Counted from the first letter of the whole stretch, positions 41,149 to 51,226 are shown. The stretch is DNA of 63,919 nucleotides, filler included, from an uncultured Methanosarcinales archaeon (GCA_964398115.1; 16 parts of 16 records of this genome joined end to end with filler, not necessarily neighbours in it), one strand, 5' to 3'. Notes: generated by a model from the sequence alone, not told the origin. Translations and numbers: made by a program.

Positions 41149-41187
41149 ACACAAAAGTTTTGACAAGAAATAGTGTTTTAAAACTTT

Positions 41188-41538
41188 CTATAAACTAGCC
41201 AATTCTTCATCAACCCTATCCACCCAACTATTAATCACACTCATAATCTCTTCCTTAACTTCACCACTATCTCTAGATTGATAAACAAACTGGTAACCGC
41301 CATTATCCAAATTTTGCTGAAACCTTTTCAAAACCCCCTTACCATACAATTTCTTCACAGCCCTCTGAACCGTAGACAAATCCAAGCCAAGATCTTCACT
41401 CACCTGCTTAGTACTCTCCCAACCACTACTTTCAAGAAAATACCTAAACACTTTCGTCTCTCCTTTCGTAAGTCCAAGAGCACACCGGACAACTTCGAAA
41501 AGTTCAAAGTTCCGGCATGCAAAATCAACCTTTGCCAT
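41188..41538 (-). CDS. wHTH transcriptional regulator (COG3355/TrmB-like)
   Basis: VRCALGLTKGE, LGLDLSTVQRAVKKL and GGYQFVY. Confidence 0.85.
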   Translation of the reverse strand: MAKVDFACRNFELFEVVRCALGLTKGETKVFRYFLESSGWESTKQVSEDLGLDLSTVQRAVKKLYGKGVLKRFQQNLDNGGYQFVYQSRDSGEVKEEIMSVINSWVDRVDEELASL

Positions 41539-41542
41539 ACTC

Positions 41543-41731
41543 CTATTCACCAATGTCTAGTTTCTTAAGTATTTTCTCCATCGTACACCAATCAGTAAAT
41601 CCATACTGGAACAAATTCAATCCTACAAAGACTGTAAACCAAAGCCAATACCTGCTATGGAAATAACCTAGTAGTGCTGACGTTGTCACAAAAACTCCTG
41701 CAATAACCCTTACAAGCTTTACTCTTTCCAT
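41543..41731 (-). CDS. DUF2892 (YgaP-like) membrane protein
   Basis: RVIAG...WLWFTVFVGLNLFQYGFTDWC. Confidence 0.88.
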   Translation of the reverse strand: MERVKLVRVIAGVFVTTSALLGYFHSRYWLWFTVFVGLNLFQYGFTDWCTMEKILKKLDIGE

Positions 41732-42939
41732 TTTCTCCTCCAAACTATCACAATCACTATCAGTGCGCCCGCTACAAGTCCAATCCATAACAACGGGTTC
41801 CGACTCTCTCCAGTAATGTCAAAACTAGCCTTTCTGTGATAAGTGTAAATGTTATCATCACCCTCATCACTATCACCCTTACTCCTAATCAACAACTTAA
41901 AGTTGTGTTCTTTCACATCTGCACTTCTATGCGCATCCAAAGTAAAGATAGCCGTGCCGTTCTCTCCAGGCTCTAACTCACCAATGTAATCACTTCTCAC
42001 ATCAATGGTGAAAGGCTGACTGCTCTGTTTCAAAACTCTCACATCCACTGACTCAGAACTTTCATGACCAGTGTTTTCCACAACAACTTCTAACTCACCA
42101 CTATCACCTGCTAATGCAGATCCACTAGTCTTAACAACTTCCAAGTAAGGCCTGCTCTGAACTCTAAACGGGATACTCCTCGTCTTTGTATACCTATTGT
42201 CATCCACGTCCATATAATTGAACGTGTAATTCAATTGGTAAACTCCAGGCATTGCTCTTTCCGAAGCATCCAAGTAAAAGTCTATCTGTTTACTTTCTCC
42301 ACTGTCCAACCTGCCAGCCCACAACCGGTTATTGTTAGCATAACTTGGTTCAAGCATTTTAGGACTATCCAGTTTGACTTCAACACTCTTACTGTCTTTC
42401 TGACCAACATTTTCCACAAAAGTCGAGACTTTAACATAATCATCTCCTGGCCTGACATCAGATGGCATGGTATTTATGTTAGCCACGTCCAAGATTATTC
42501 CTTCTCGCTTCACTAACATTTTGAAACGGACAAATCTCTCTGCACCTACCGGTTCTCCATCCTTGTACCAACGCCCGGTAAGTTTAAACTCGTAATTACC
42601 AGCAGGAGCGTCCTGTCCGACCTTAACCCTAAACCTCTTGTTGTAATAACCTTGTTGGAACACCGCCCCACCAAGGTCATCGCCAAAAACGTCCTGCATC
42701 ACCACATAATTTTCAGTCAATGCATCATCAGGTTGAAGTTCAACCCTGAACTTATAGTTAGGATTTCCAAGCCTAGGATCATTAAATAAGCTATCGTCAT
42801 GGAATTGAACAACTATATCCACTTCGTCACCAGCCGAAATAACCGCAGGGTCAAATTGGATGTTGTCCAACACCATTGAAGCACTTGCTACTGGCATCAA
42901 CGCTAAAAGTCCGAATATTATGAAACTAATTTTTTTCAT
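41719..42939 (-). CDS. COG1361 S-layer-domain (Ig-like repeat) protein
   Basis: Signal peptide, repeated VENVG/ENTG..GELEPGE and PG.Y motifs, and a C-terminal TM anchor. Typical partner of MMPL genes. Confidence 0.8.
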   Translation of the reverse strand: MKKISFIIFGLLALMPVASASMVLDNIQFDPAVISAGDEVDIVVQFHDDSLFNDPRLGNPNYKFRVELQPDDALTENYVVMQDVFGDDLGGAVFQQGYYNKRFRVKVGQDAPAGNYEFKLTGRWYKDGEPVGAERFVRFKMLVKREGIILDVANINTMPSDVRPGDDYVKVSTFVENVGQKDSKSVEVKLDSPKMLEPSYANNNRLWAGRLDSGESKQIDFYLDASERAMPGVYQLNYTFNYMDVDDNRYTKTRSIPFRVQSRPYLEVVKTSGSALAGDSGELEVVVENTGHESSESVDVRVLKQSSQPFTIDVRSDYIGELEPGENGTAIFTLDAHRSADVKEHNFKLLIRSKGDSDEGDDNIYTYHRKASFDITGESRNPLLWIGLVAGALIVIVIVWRRKWKE

Positions 42940-42943
42940 TTTT

Positions 42944-43449
42944 CTAATCACCTTTTAAATAAATCACTACTGGCAGTAGGAAAACCGCTCCGAGTAATGT
43001 GTTAAAGATTCCAAGAGCGAGCAAAATCGCCAGTGTCTTCATAGCCGGCAAGACTCCAAAAAGTAATGCGAGGAATCCTGCCATTGTAGTAGTGCTAGCA
43101 CCAACCATTGCACGAAGTAGTTCACGCATGGTTTCTTCCAAACTCTCTACTACACCCATTTCTTTCCTTAACCTATAGTAAGTGTGTACGACGTGAATTC
43201 CAAAGTCAATACCCAAGCCGAGTATCATCGCCGCCGCAACCATTGTCACAACCGTGACTTTCAAACCTAGATAACCAGCGATGCCGACAGTCCACAACAA
43301 ACTCATCAAAACCACTAGGATAGGGAAGGCAATCTTACTAGGCGCTCTAAAAGTTAAGAAAACAACTAAAATGATTAATGTAAAGCTCAGCAAGGTAATC
43401 TTTGCAAAATCAGTCATTATGTACTCAAAAGTTGCTTTGTCGATAGTGT
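42944..43449 (-). CDS. MMPL/RND family transporter, C-terminal part
   Basis: ILGLGIDFGIHVV and ASTTTMAGFLAL. Confidence 0.88.
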
Positions 43450-43551
43450 NNNNNNNNNNNNNNNNNNNNNNNNNNNNNNNNNNNNNNNNNNNNTTAATTA
43501 ATTAANNNNNNNNNNNNNNNNNNNNNNNNNNNNNNNNNNNNNNNNNNNNAA

Positions 43552-44259
43552 GTTCTTGATCGACTGACAAAATGGCTTATTGGTGATCATGGTCAAGATG
43601 ATGTTGAACAAGAATTACATAAAGGTATGACTGTTGGTAATTTAATTGAAGCAGGTATCCAAGCTGAATCAGATGTGAATACATCTGAAAAAGAATTAAT
43701 TAATGAAATTGCTGAATTAAGTAATACAACAGAAAATTCTGTAAAAAATGCAATTGATGGGGAAGTAAACTGTCCTAATCAAAGTATCATTAATGCAGCC
43801 AGTCAAGTTTTACCAATTGATAAACAAACACTTATCTTAGCAGGGCGAGCTGATGGTTGTGATTATTCAATGAGAAAAGAGTTTGAAGAACAATCTGAAG
43901 ATATTTTAGAGAAAAATGATGAAAAACAAATTGTTACGGGGATTGTACTTAAACCAAATCAAGCTGATTTAGAGGGAGATAAATTTAATCCTGAGCTTAT
44001 TGAGAAAATGGCGTTTGATTTTATGAAAAAACATCAAACAGTTGGTTTAAGCCATGAAGTTGAAGTTGATGATGCTCATGTTGTTGAAAATTACATTACA
44101 AAGTCTAATACAGAAATAAATGGTAGAGAAGTTGAAAAAAGTACTTGGATTATGTCAGTAAAAATTGAAAATAATGATTTATGGAAAGAAGTTAAAAAAG
44201 GAAATATTGGAGCATTTTCGGTTGGTGGAGCTTATAAGAGGGTTCCTTTGGATGAGTAG
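43552..44259 (+). CDS. XkdF-like prohead protease with an HTH-like N-terminal segment (5'-truncated)
   Basis: QIVTGIVLKPNQADLEGD..IEKMAFDFM..H..VVENYI..TWIMSVK..LWKEVKKGNIGAFSVGG. Frame is open upstream of 43627. Confidence 0.85.
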   Translation, partial: VLDRLTKWLIGDHGQDDVEQELHKGMTVGNLIEAGIQAESDVNTSEKELINEIAELSNTTENSVKNAIDGEVNCPNQSIINAASQVLPIDKQTLILAGRADGCDYSMRKEFEEQSEDILEKNDEKQIVTGIVLKPNQADLEGDKFNPELIEKMAFDFMKKHQTVGLSHEVEVDDAHVVENYITKSNTEINGREVEKSTWIMSVKIENNDLWKEVKKGNIGAFSVGGAYKRVPLDE

Positions 44260-45004
44260 TAAAGCCAACACAGATTGTGATTGGTGTGGAGATAGATTTT
44301 ATAAAAAGCCAAACGAGAAGAGAGATAGTAATAATCATTTTTGTAGCAGAGAATGTTATGGAAATTTTATGAGTGAGAATAGAAGCGGTAAGAATAGTCC
44401 TCTTTATAAAAAACAAGAAGTTGAGTGTGAAAATTGTAATAAATTAATGCAAAGAAAGCCTTGCCACATTAAAGAATATAAAAATTTATTCTGCTCTAAT
44501 TCATGTAAAAATGAATATAAAGAAAAAACAAATGAATACTCAAAAGAGAATAGTCCTTGCTTTGAACAAGAAAAAGTTAATTGTACGAATTGTGGTAATG
44601 ATTTTTATTTAAAACCGTATCGAATTGAAATACAAGAAAATTATTTTTGTAAAAAAGATTGCCGTATAGAATGGCGTAGCAATAATTGGATTGGTAAAAA
44701 CCACCCAAGCTGGGAGGGTGGAACTGAAAAAATAGGTTTTGGTCCTCATTGGCATAAAATAAGAGAAAAAATTATAAAAAGAGATAATGAAACTTGTCAA
44801 GTTTGTGGGATGAGTCGAAAACGACACAAAAAACAATATGATCGAGATTTAGAAGTTGATCATATTAAACCACGTAAAGAGTTTGTTGAGAATGGAAAAC
44901 TTAATTACGAAGAAGCAAATAAACCTTCAAATTTAAACACATTATGTCAATTTTGTCACGCTGATGTGGAATATACACGTAAGGAGTTAAAAAATGCCTG
45001 TTAA
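44252..45004 (+). CDS. HNH endonuclease with three CxxC...FCSxxC-type Zn repeats
   Basis: RDNETCQVCG..LEVDHIKP..NLNTLCQFCH. Confidence 0.88.
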   Translation: MSSKANTDCDWCGDRFYKKPNEKRDSNNHFCSRECYGNFMSENRSGKNSPLYKKQEVECENCNKLMQRKPCHIKEYKNLFCSNSCKNEYKEKTNEYSKENSPCFEQEKVNCTNCGNDFYLKPYRIEIQENYFCKKDCRIEWRSNNWIGKNHPSWEGGTEKIGFGPHWHKIREKIIKRDNETCQVCGMSRKRHKKQYDRDLEVDHIKPRKEFVENGKLNYEEANKPSNLNTLCQFCHADVEYTRKELKNAC

Positions 45005-45773
45005 GAAAGAGTTTGAAGTTATTGACGCTGAAGCAAAAGAAATTTCACTGTGCGGAAAAGGTATGAATGGTGAGGAAGAGTTTTTGATGTTTAAATCAAA
45101 AGATGAAGAAGAAGAAAATAAGGAGGGAGACGAGAAACAAGAAACTGATATGGATAAAACTGAGAACGATTCTAATCCTATTGAAGAAACTGACAAAACT
45201 GAGAAAGGAGGAAATTCTAACGTGGAATTTGATGAAATTAAAGAATCTTTTGGTGATCTTGAGAAAGAAAAGCAGAAAGAACTTCTTGAAGAGTCTGATG
45301 TAGAGCTTGAAAAGGAAGCCAATGATGATGGTGAAGATCCTGAAGAGGACTTTAAAAAGGAACTTCCTGAAGAAGCTCGTGAACGGCTTGAGAAGCAGGA
45401 AGAAGAGCTTGAAAAGATGCGTGAAGAACGAGAGCTTGATGAAATGCGTAAAAAGGTTTCTAAATACGATGTTCTTCCCGGTGATGTTGAGGAAAACGCC
45501 AAACTTTTCAAATCTGTGAAAAACTCGGATGAAGAGGCGTATGAAGACCTGCTCGAAAAGATTGAAGCTATTGAAGAGCAAGTCGATCTTGAGAAGACGT
45601 TTGAAGAAGCCGGTGGCTCCGATCCGTCGCCTGAAGGCGATGCGGTTGCCAAGGTTGAAGAACTTGTTGAGAAGAAGATGGAAAAAGGCGACTATGACAG
45701 TCGTGCTCAGGCTGAAGCTGCAATTTGGAAAGAGAAACCTGAGCTTGCTGAACAATATTACCAAGAACAATAA
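44994..45773 (+). CDS. Putative capsid scaffolding protein
   Basis: Very acidic coiled coil located between the protease and capsid genes. N-terminal EISLCGKGMN motif. Confidence 0.7.
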   Translation: MPVKKEFEVIDAEAKEISLCGKGMNGEEEFLMFKSKDEEEENKEGDEKQETDMDKTENDSNPIEETDKTEKGGNSNVEFDEIKESFGDLEKEKQKELLEESDVELEKEANDDGEDPEEDFKKELPEEARERLEKQEEELEKMREERELDEMRKKVSKYDVLPGDVEENAKLFKSVKNSDEEAYEDLLEKIEAIEEQVDLEKTFEEAGGSDPSPEGDAVAKVEELVEKKMEKGDYDSRAQAEAAIWKEKPELAEQYYQEQ

Positions 45774-45797
45774 ATTAAGGAGGTAACAGTTTAAACA

Positions 45798-46211
45798 ATG
45801 GCAACACAAGGAGAAGATGAATACCTTACGCTTGAAGCAAGCGGTGATCTGTCCAGCGATCAGCATAAGTTTGTTGATGTTAATTCCAGTGGACAGGCTA
45901 CTGTTGTTGGTACTGCCGGTGCTGAAGCTATTGGCGTACTTCAAAATAAACCTGATGAAACGGGTGAAGAAGCGACTATCCGTATTACGGGTGCTTGCAA
46001 AGTTGAAGCTGGTGGAAGTATTTCTAACGGTGATAAAATTGCTGCCAACGCTTCGGGCCAAGCTGTAACGGCTACGGCTGCCAATGTTGATACAACTACG
46101 TCCAACAGTTCGCAGGACGTTGCTGGAGATCAGGTTCTTGGGATTGCTTATGAATCTGCTTCCAGCGGAGAAAAGTTCAAAATGTATTTCGACCTGCAAG
46201 GGTTGACTTAA
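45798..46211 (+). CDS. Capsid cement/decoration protein (DUF2190-like)
   Basis: AIGVLQN..G...KVEAGGSISNGD...GQAV...LGIAYESASSGE. Confidence 0.75.
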   Translation: MATQGEDEYLTLEASGDLSSDQHKFVDVNSSGQATVVGTAGAEAIGVLQNKPDETGEEATIRITGACKVEAGGSISNGDKIAANASGQAVTATAANVDTTTSNSSQDVAGDQVLGIAYESASSGEKFKMYFDLQGLT

Positions 46212-46248
46212 TTCTAACTATAAAACAAGGAGGATAGAATTTTAGACA

Positions 46249-46788
46249 ATGCCACAACAACCGAGTCTTACTGATGTTCATATTGATCGACCGCTAACGT
46301 CGATTTCAACAGCGTACTTTCAAGAACAGGATGACTTTGCATTTAACAACGTCTTTGCTGACGTTCCTGTGGATAGCAAGTCGGACCAGTATTGGGAATG
46401 GGACAAAGACTTTACGCTTCGTTCCGAAACGTCCAAACGTGGTCCCGGTTCCGAAGCTGCTGAACGAGGTCAAAACCTCACAACGAGCACGTATGAGTGT
46501 GATGTGTGGGCTGTTAAGCAAGGTCTTGATGAACAGACTGTTGCTAACGCTGATGCTGGTCTCAGTCTTCGTGAGTCCATTACTCGTGGCCTGACTGAAG
46601 ACATGATGATTCGTGCTGAGAAAGAATTTTCTTCTCAGTATCTTACCACGGGAACGTGGGGAACTGATCTGAAAGGTGTTGCGTCCAGTCCTGGTTCTGG
46701 TGAGTTCCTTCAATGGAATGATTCTTCGTCTACTCCGATTGAGGATATTACGGACGAAATTATTAACATTGAACAGAGCACGGGTCGT
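46249..46788 (+). CDS. Major capsid protein, N-terminal part
   Basis: HIDRPLTSISTAY..VFADVPV..R.PG..QWNDSSSTPIEDI pattern of HK97-fold capsid proteins, plus its position in the module. Confidence 0.8.
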
Positions 46789-46888
46789 NNNNNNNNNNNN
46801 NNNNNNNNNNNNNNNNNNNNNNNNNNNNNNNNTTAATTAATTAANNNNNNNNNNNNNNNNNNNNNNNNNNNNNNNNNNNNNNNNNNNN

Positions 46889-47318
46889 CAGTGAGATAGT
46901 GAAAGAATGTGACCACGAATACTATTACGTTCTCACCCGAAGATTAATGTGGAGGATAGCAGAAGAAATAGCCAGAAACGAAAATTGTGAATTCTTAGTA
47001 ACAGGAGAAAACATCGGCCAAGTAAGCAGTCAAACACTAGACAACTTGACAGTGATAGACACAGCAATAAATATACCAATAGTAAGACCTCTCCTATCAA
47101 ATGACAAAAGAGATACTGTGAAACAAGCCAGGAAATACGGAACTTACGAAGTCAGTAAAGGACCAGAAATGTGCGACGCCCTTGGCCCAGAACATCCCGT
47201 GACGAGAGCAGACAGCGAAAAACTTGAAAAAGAAGAAAGAAAAATTGATATAGAAAAGATGAAAAGAAAAGCTTTGAATGAAACCCAAGTTGAGGAAATT
47301 GCTGAGGTAACAACGTGA
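46889..47318 (+). CDS. thiI: tRNA 4-thiouridine synthase, C-terminal part
   Basis: RRLMWRIA, VTGENIGQVSSQTLDNL and RPLL. Confidence 0.88.
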
Positions 47319-47767
47319 GCTTAAGAGAATTAGAAGAAAACGAAGTTGAAGAAATAGCAGAAGTGTTGGTTGAAAACTGGCAGAGAAAAAACTTGGATTA
47401 TGACAAAGACTGGGCGATCGATTACTTAAAAAACGGTCACGATAAAGAAGTAGAAGAAGAACATTTCTACGTGTATGAAGAAAACGGAGAGAAAAAAGCA
47501 TTCGCCTCACTCGTAAAAGACGTGAACGGCGTAGTTGAAATTAGAGATGAAGGCTTACTACCAGGCGTTAAAGATAAACAAACTATGACCATGCTACTCA
47601 TGCAACTTATCAGTGAAGCTACAGCCATGAACGCACGAAAAATATTCTGCCTCACACCATTTGACAAGATACAAACTTTCAGAGAATTAGAATTCGAACA
47701 AGAGGGCATACTAAAAAACCATTTCAAACCCGGTCAAGACTTGGTTATAATGAGCCGATTTCTCTAA
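47315..47767 (+). CDS. GNAT-family acetyltransferase
   Basis: FEQEGILKNHFKPGQDLVIM C-terminal motif. Confidence 0.7.
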   Translation: MSLRELEENEVEEIAEVLVENWQRKNLDYDKDWAIDYLKNGHDKEVEEEHFYVYEENGEKKAFASLVKDVNGVVEIRDEGLLPGVKDKQTMTMLLMQLISEATAMNARKIFCLTPFDKIQTFRELEFEQEGILKNHFKPGQDLVIMSRFL

Positions 47768-48786
47768 AACACTTTAGTTTCTAACTCTGGCAAGAAGCAA
47801 AAGTCCGTATGGAAGTTATAAGCCCCCGCGTTTTTGAAAACAATCTCATCACCAACTTCAGGCTTTTCCAAGAAAACCTTATATCTGAAAATATCTTTAC
47901 TGTCAGGAGTACAACCCTTAATAGTATAGCTTTGACTTCCTTCTTCACTTTCACTCTCAACTTCTAAACGAATGTTTTCCAAAAATGTGTCAAGAGCGGC
48001 GTTGAAAATACTACAATCAACTATGACGTTATCCTTATACACCGCTTTGACATTACAAACCAGGTCAACAGCAGGGGCGGCAATATATCTGCCTGGCTCT
48101 ACAATCATGTTAATATCTTTCTCATCCAACCACTTACGAACATTCCTAATCCTGTTCTTAATACTCCGCATGTTCTTCACACTATAATTCTTATACACAC
48201 TTGGCAAACCACCGCCGATGTTAACCACGTCAATCGCTTCTAAAGTGTCTCCTTCCAAGCTGTTCCGCAACTGTTTCTTCAAACTCCATTCACTAACGTT
48301 CTGAGTCTTACGATGCATATGAACCCCCAACCTTCCAATATTACTATGTCCCTGCAATTGCGGAATCAACTCATTAACTTCCCTACTGAAAAAACCATAA
48401 ACAAACCTCTTACCCGTATGCACGGTGTATTCCTTCAAACGCTTACGTAACAATAAAGTCACTTCCAAACTCGTGTCTTCCAAGTAATTCATCAAAGTGT
48501 TCAAGTCTTGCTCGTTATCCACCACAAATTTATCAACTCCTCTTTCTAACGCTTCATCAACTTCTCCTTCGTTCCAACCTTGAGAGAAATACCAAACCCT
48601 GCTAGAATCATTCAATTCATCCAAAGCTTCTAAGCTATGAATGCTGAAAAAACAATCAGTGTCTTCTTCTAAAACTTTTCCCACTTCAGGATTAGTCTTC
48701 AAACTATAACTAACCCTGTCGGCTAACGGCAACAATTTTTCATACTGTTTATTAACTACTTCACGACTAAGTTCAAACCTCGCCAT
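47764..48786 (-). CDS. Group IV PLP-dependent decarboxylase (Orn/Lys/Arg/DAP family)
   Basis: SYSLKTNP (PLP Lys), VNIGGGLP, VEPGRYI and NAGAY. Confidence 0.85.
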   Translation of the reverse strand: MARFELSREVVNKQYEKLLPLADRVSYSLKTNPEVGKVLEEDTDCFFSIHSLEALDELNDSSRVWYFSQGWNEGEVDEALERGVDKFVVDNEQDLNTLMNYLEDTSLEVTLLLRKRLKEYTVHTGKRFVYGFFSREVNELIPQLQGHSNIGRLGVHMHRKTQNVSEWSLKKQLRNSLEGDTLEAIDVVNIGGGLPSVYKNYSVKNMRSIKNRIRNVRKWLDEKDINMIVEPGRYIAAPAVDLVCNVKAVYKDNVIVDCSIFNAALDTFLENIRLEVESESEEGSQSYTIKGCTPDSKDIFRYKVFLEKPEVGDEIVFKNAGAYNFHTDFCFLPELETKVF

Positions 48787-49714
48787 CAATAATCCCCTCA
48801 TCCTTTAACTTCTCCAAAACACTCAACATCGTCAAGGTAAATGTGAAAGTTACATCACCAATCACGGTAACTACATCCGTTGAGTCCTTAACTTTTCCCC
48901 AACTCTTCGCTTCATCAGTGGTAGCACCGCTCATACTACCACTAGTATTTCTAGAAGTAGTCATGTAAACCGCGTAGTCCAAACCACCACTTAGCAATCC
49001 AGCAAGTATAGCATGATGCTTGCTAATACCACCACCAAGAGCAATCAAACCTTTACGGTCGTCATGACTCACAGTAAACAAGATGTTCTTGAAATCTTTA
49101 ACCACATCTATCACAAAGTCATCATTTTTTTCCTGGAACATGTAAAGATGGAATCCAAACGCGCCATCCGTAATGCCAGGACAAAATATAGGAACATCAT
49201 GCTTGTTAGCTTGGTACAAAATACTGTTTTCGTCATCNNNNNNNNNNCTTGCAAGCATTTCACTAACCGGCCACCTACTTTTTTCTTCATAAAGTTCTTC
49301 AATCATCGGATTAACTATATCCTCAAAACGTTCATAACTCTCGTTATCAATCAAAATATTTCCTACACGATTAGTGCCTTTCTCGTACAGTTCAACATCA
49401 TCCGGGCTGAAATCACCGAGGACGAATTCTTCCCCATGAGCTTTCATAATATCCTCTTCCAAACCACCCACAGTGGTAACTATAACATCTGGGATACCTA
49501 GCTTTATGAGTTGAGCGAAGAAACCTCGCAATCCACTCGTCACCATGTTACTAGTGAAAGTTAAGAAAATCTTGGCACCACTACGCTTCATCTTCAAAAT
49601 GGTATCGACGGCTTTACGCATTTCTACGCTTTGAAAACCAACATTGCCAAGATCATCGGCTAACTCTTCCGCAGTCATATCAGGTTTCCAGTGAAAGTCT
49701 TCAACTTTCTCCAT
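48773..49714 (-). CDS. dys: Deoxyhypusine synthase
   Basis: FTSNMVTSGLR, GGLEEDIMK, GGGISKHH and SGATTDEAKSWGKV. Confidence 0.92.
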   Translation of the reverse strand: MEKVEDFHWKPDMTAEELADDLGNVGFQSVEMRKAVDTILKMKRSGAKIFLTFTSNMVTSGLRGFFAQLIKLGIPDVIVTTVGGLEEDIMKAHGEEFVLGDFSPDDVELYEKGTNRVGNILIDNESYERFEDIVNPMIEELYEEKSRWPVSEMLAXXXXDDENSILYQANKHDVPIFCPGITDGAFGFHLYMFQEKNDDFVIDVVKDFKNILFTVSHDDRKGLIALGGGISKHHAILAGLLSGGLDYAVYMTTSRNTSGSMSGATTDEAKSWGKVKDSTDVVTVIGDVTFTFTLTMLSVLEKLKDEGIIDGEV

Positions 49715-49943
49715 ATCTGACTGGAAAAACAATCTTTCTTAAAAATATTTGCNNNNNNNNNNNNNNNNNNNNNNNNNNNNNNNNNNNNNNNNNNNNTTAA
49801 TTAATTAANNNNNNNNNNNNNNNNNNNNNNNNNNNNNNNNNNNNNNNNNNNNATGGATCAAAGAGTAAGGAGAATAGAAAAAATCGCGTTAGACGAGCAA
49901 GAAGAAAGTGGTAGAGGAAGAGACCCGTGGGCAAATTATTAAC

Positions 49944-50387
49944 ATGTGGCAACGTAACACTTTCATAATATCAATTCTAGTAATAATAGATCAAATAAGT
50001 AAATACCTAGCCCGAACCAATACCATATCATTCGACACTAAAATTTTATCTTTCACTTTTGTAAAAAATACAGGAGCCATTTTCGGAATTTTACAAGACT
50101 CAAACCACTACTTAATCTGGATATCCATAATCTTCCTAGGTGGCATAATCTACTATTACTACAACTTCCCAAAAAAGAATAGAACTCCTCTCATTGTCAT
50201 CACAGCCGGAATTATCGGAAACTTAACCGACCGAATACTCCTAGGTTACGTAACGGATTTCATAAATTTCAAAATATGGCCTGTTTTCAACGTAGCAGAC
50301 AGTTGCATCGTATTAGGAGTTATTTACCTACTATACTTAGAAATTAAGGATCAGAACTCGTCAGTATCATCTAAACCTTCCAAGTAA
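49944..50387 (+). CDS. lspA: Lipoprotein signal peptidase (SPase II)
   Basis: DQISKY, NTGAIFG, GNLTDR, VTDFI and WPVFNVADSCI. Confidence 0.93.
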   Translation: MWQRNTFIISILVIIDQISKYLARTNTISFDTKILSFTFVKNTGAIFGILQDSNHYLIWISIIFLGGIIYYYYNFPKKNRTPLIVITAGIIGNLTDRILLGYVTDFINFKIWPVFNVADSCIVLGVIYLLYLEIKDQNSSVSSKPSK

Positions 50388-50665
50388 CCGTTATCTTTCA
50401 ACCACCGAACTTCAACATTCTTATACTTATGCAAGATATCTCCTTTTTCATCACCGCCGTACTCCCACGGTTCAACCAAAACTAGATCACCTTGTCTTAC
50501 CCAAAGACTTCTTTTCAAACGACCAGGAATCCTACAAATACGGGTTTGTCCATCCATACAACGGACTTCACTACGGCTACCACCCAGCCTTTTCTCTAAA
50601 ACACCGAGTGTTTGATCGCCTTTAGGAACTTTTACTCTCCTAACTTGTTCTTCATCATCTGACAT
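50351..50665 (-). CDS. eif1a: Translation initiation factor aIF-1A
   Basis: VRCMDGQTRICRIPGRLKRSLWVRQGDLVLVEPW. Confidence 0.95.
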   Translation of the reverse strand: MSDDEEQVRRVKVPKGDQTLGVLEKRLGGSRSEVRCMDGQTRICRIPGRLKRSLWVRQGDLVLVEPWEYGGDEKGDILHKYKNVEVRWLKDNGYLEGLDDTDEF

Positions 50666-50743
50666 GTTCAAAACGAAACACAAATAGTTTAAAAAAGTTT
50701 CCAAGGAACAATGTTTTTAAACAAAACCAACGTTTTTACGAGT

Positions 50744-51226
50744 ATGGACAACTTGGGTGAGGACTTCCGATCGAAGCTTTTGGAATTAGATCACGCTACT
50801 ACTTTGAAAAACGCTTCAATCTGGCGGAGAGCAGTAGCTCTCTTTATAGACTTGTTCGCAATGAACTTCATCGTTTTCAATCCGTTCCAAAGCGTACTAG
50901 CAACTTATTTCGAAACTGCCAGCTTAGCGTTGGAAAGTTCCATCCCTGGATACGTGTATGCAAGCGTCATCCTCATGTCCTTCGTAGTATTAATCTATTT
51001 CGCACTTTTCCAACACTACTTCCAACAAACACTTGGAATGATGGTTATGAAATTGTATGTCATGCCACAAACAGGTTTTTGGAAAAGCATAGCAAGAAAC
51101 TTATTCATACTACCATTCTTTCCATTTAACTTGTTATGGATTATCGAACCTGCCTACCTATTATTTAAAGGTAGAAGAATATTAGAAAAAATAACTAAAA
51201 CAAACACGGTGGTTGAAAATGGATGA
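50744..51226 (+). CDS. RDD family membrane protein
   Basis: ASIWRRAVALFID, QTLGM and RN. Confidence 0.82.
   Translation: MDNLGEDFRSKLLELDHATTLKNASIWRRAVALFIDLFAMNFIVFNPFQSVLATYFETASLALESSIPGYVYASVILMSFVVLIYFALFQHYFQQTLGMMVMKLYVMPQTGFWKSIARNLFILPFFPFNLLWIIEPAYLLFKGRRILEKITKTNTVVENG

Larger units (their letters stand above)
43550..46788 (+). mobile_element. Tailed-virus (Caudoviricetes) head morphogenesis module; occupies the whole contig
   Basis: Gene order protease - HNH - scaffold - cement/decoration - major capsid protein. AGGAGG SD sites before the last two genes. Confidence 0.85.

Noticed and set aside
45096..46199. 367-aa and 221-aa antisense ORFs over the viral genes
   Set aside because: Phe/Ser-rich shadow frames produced by the GAA-rich coding strand.
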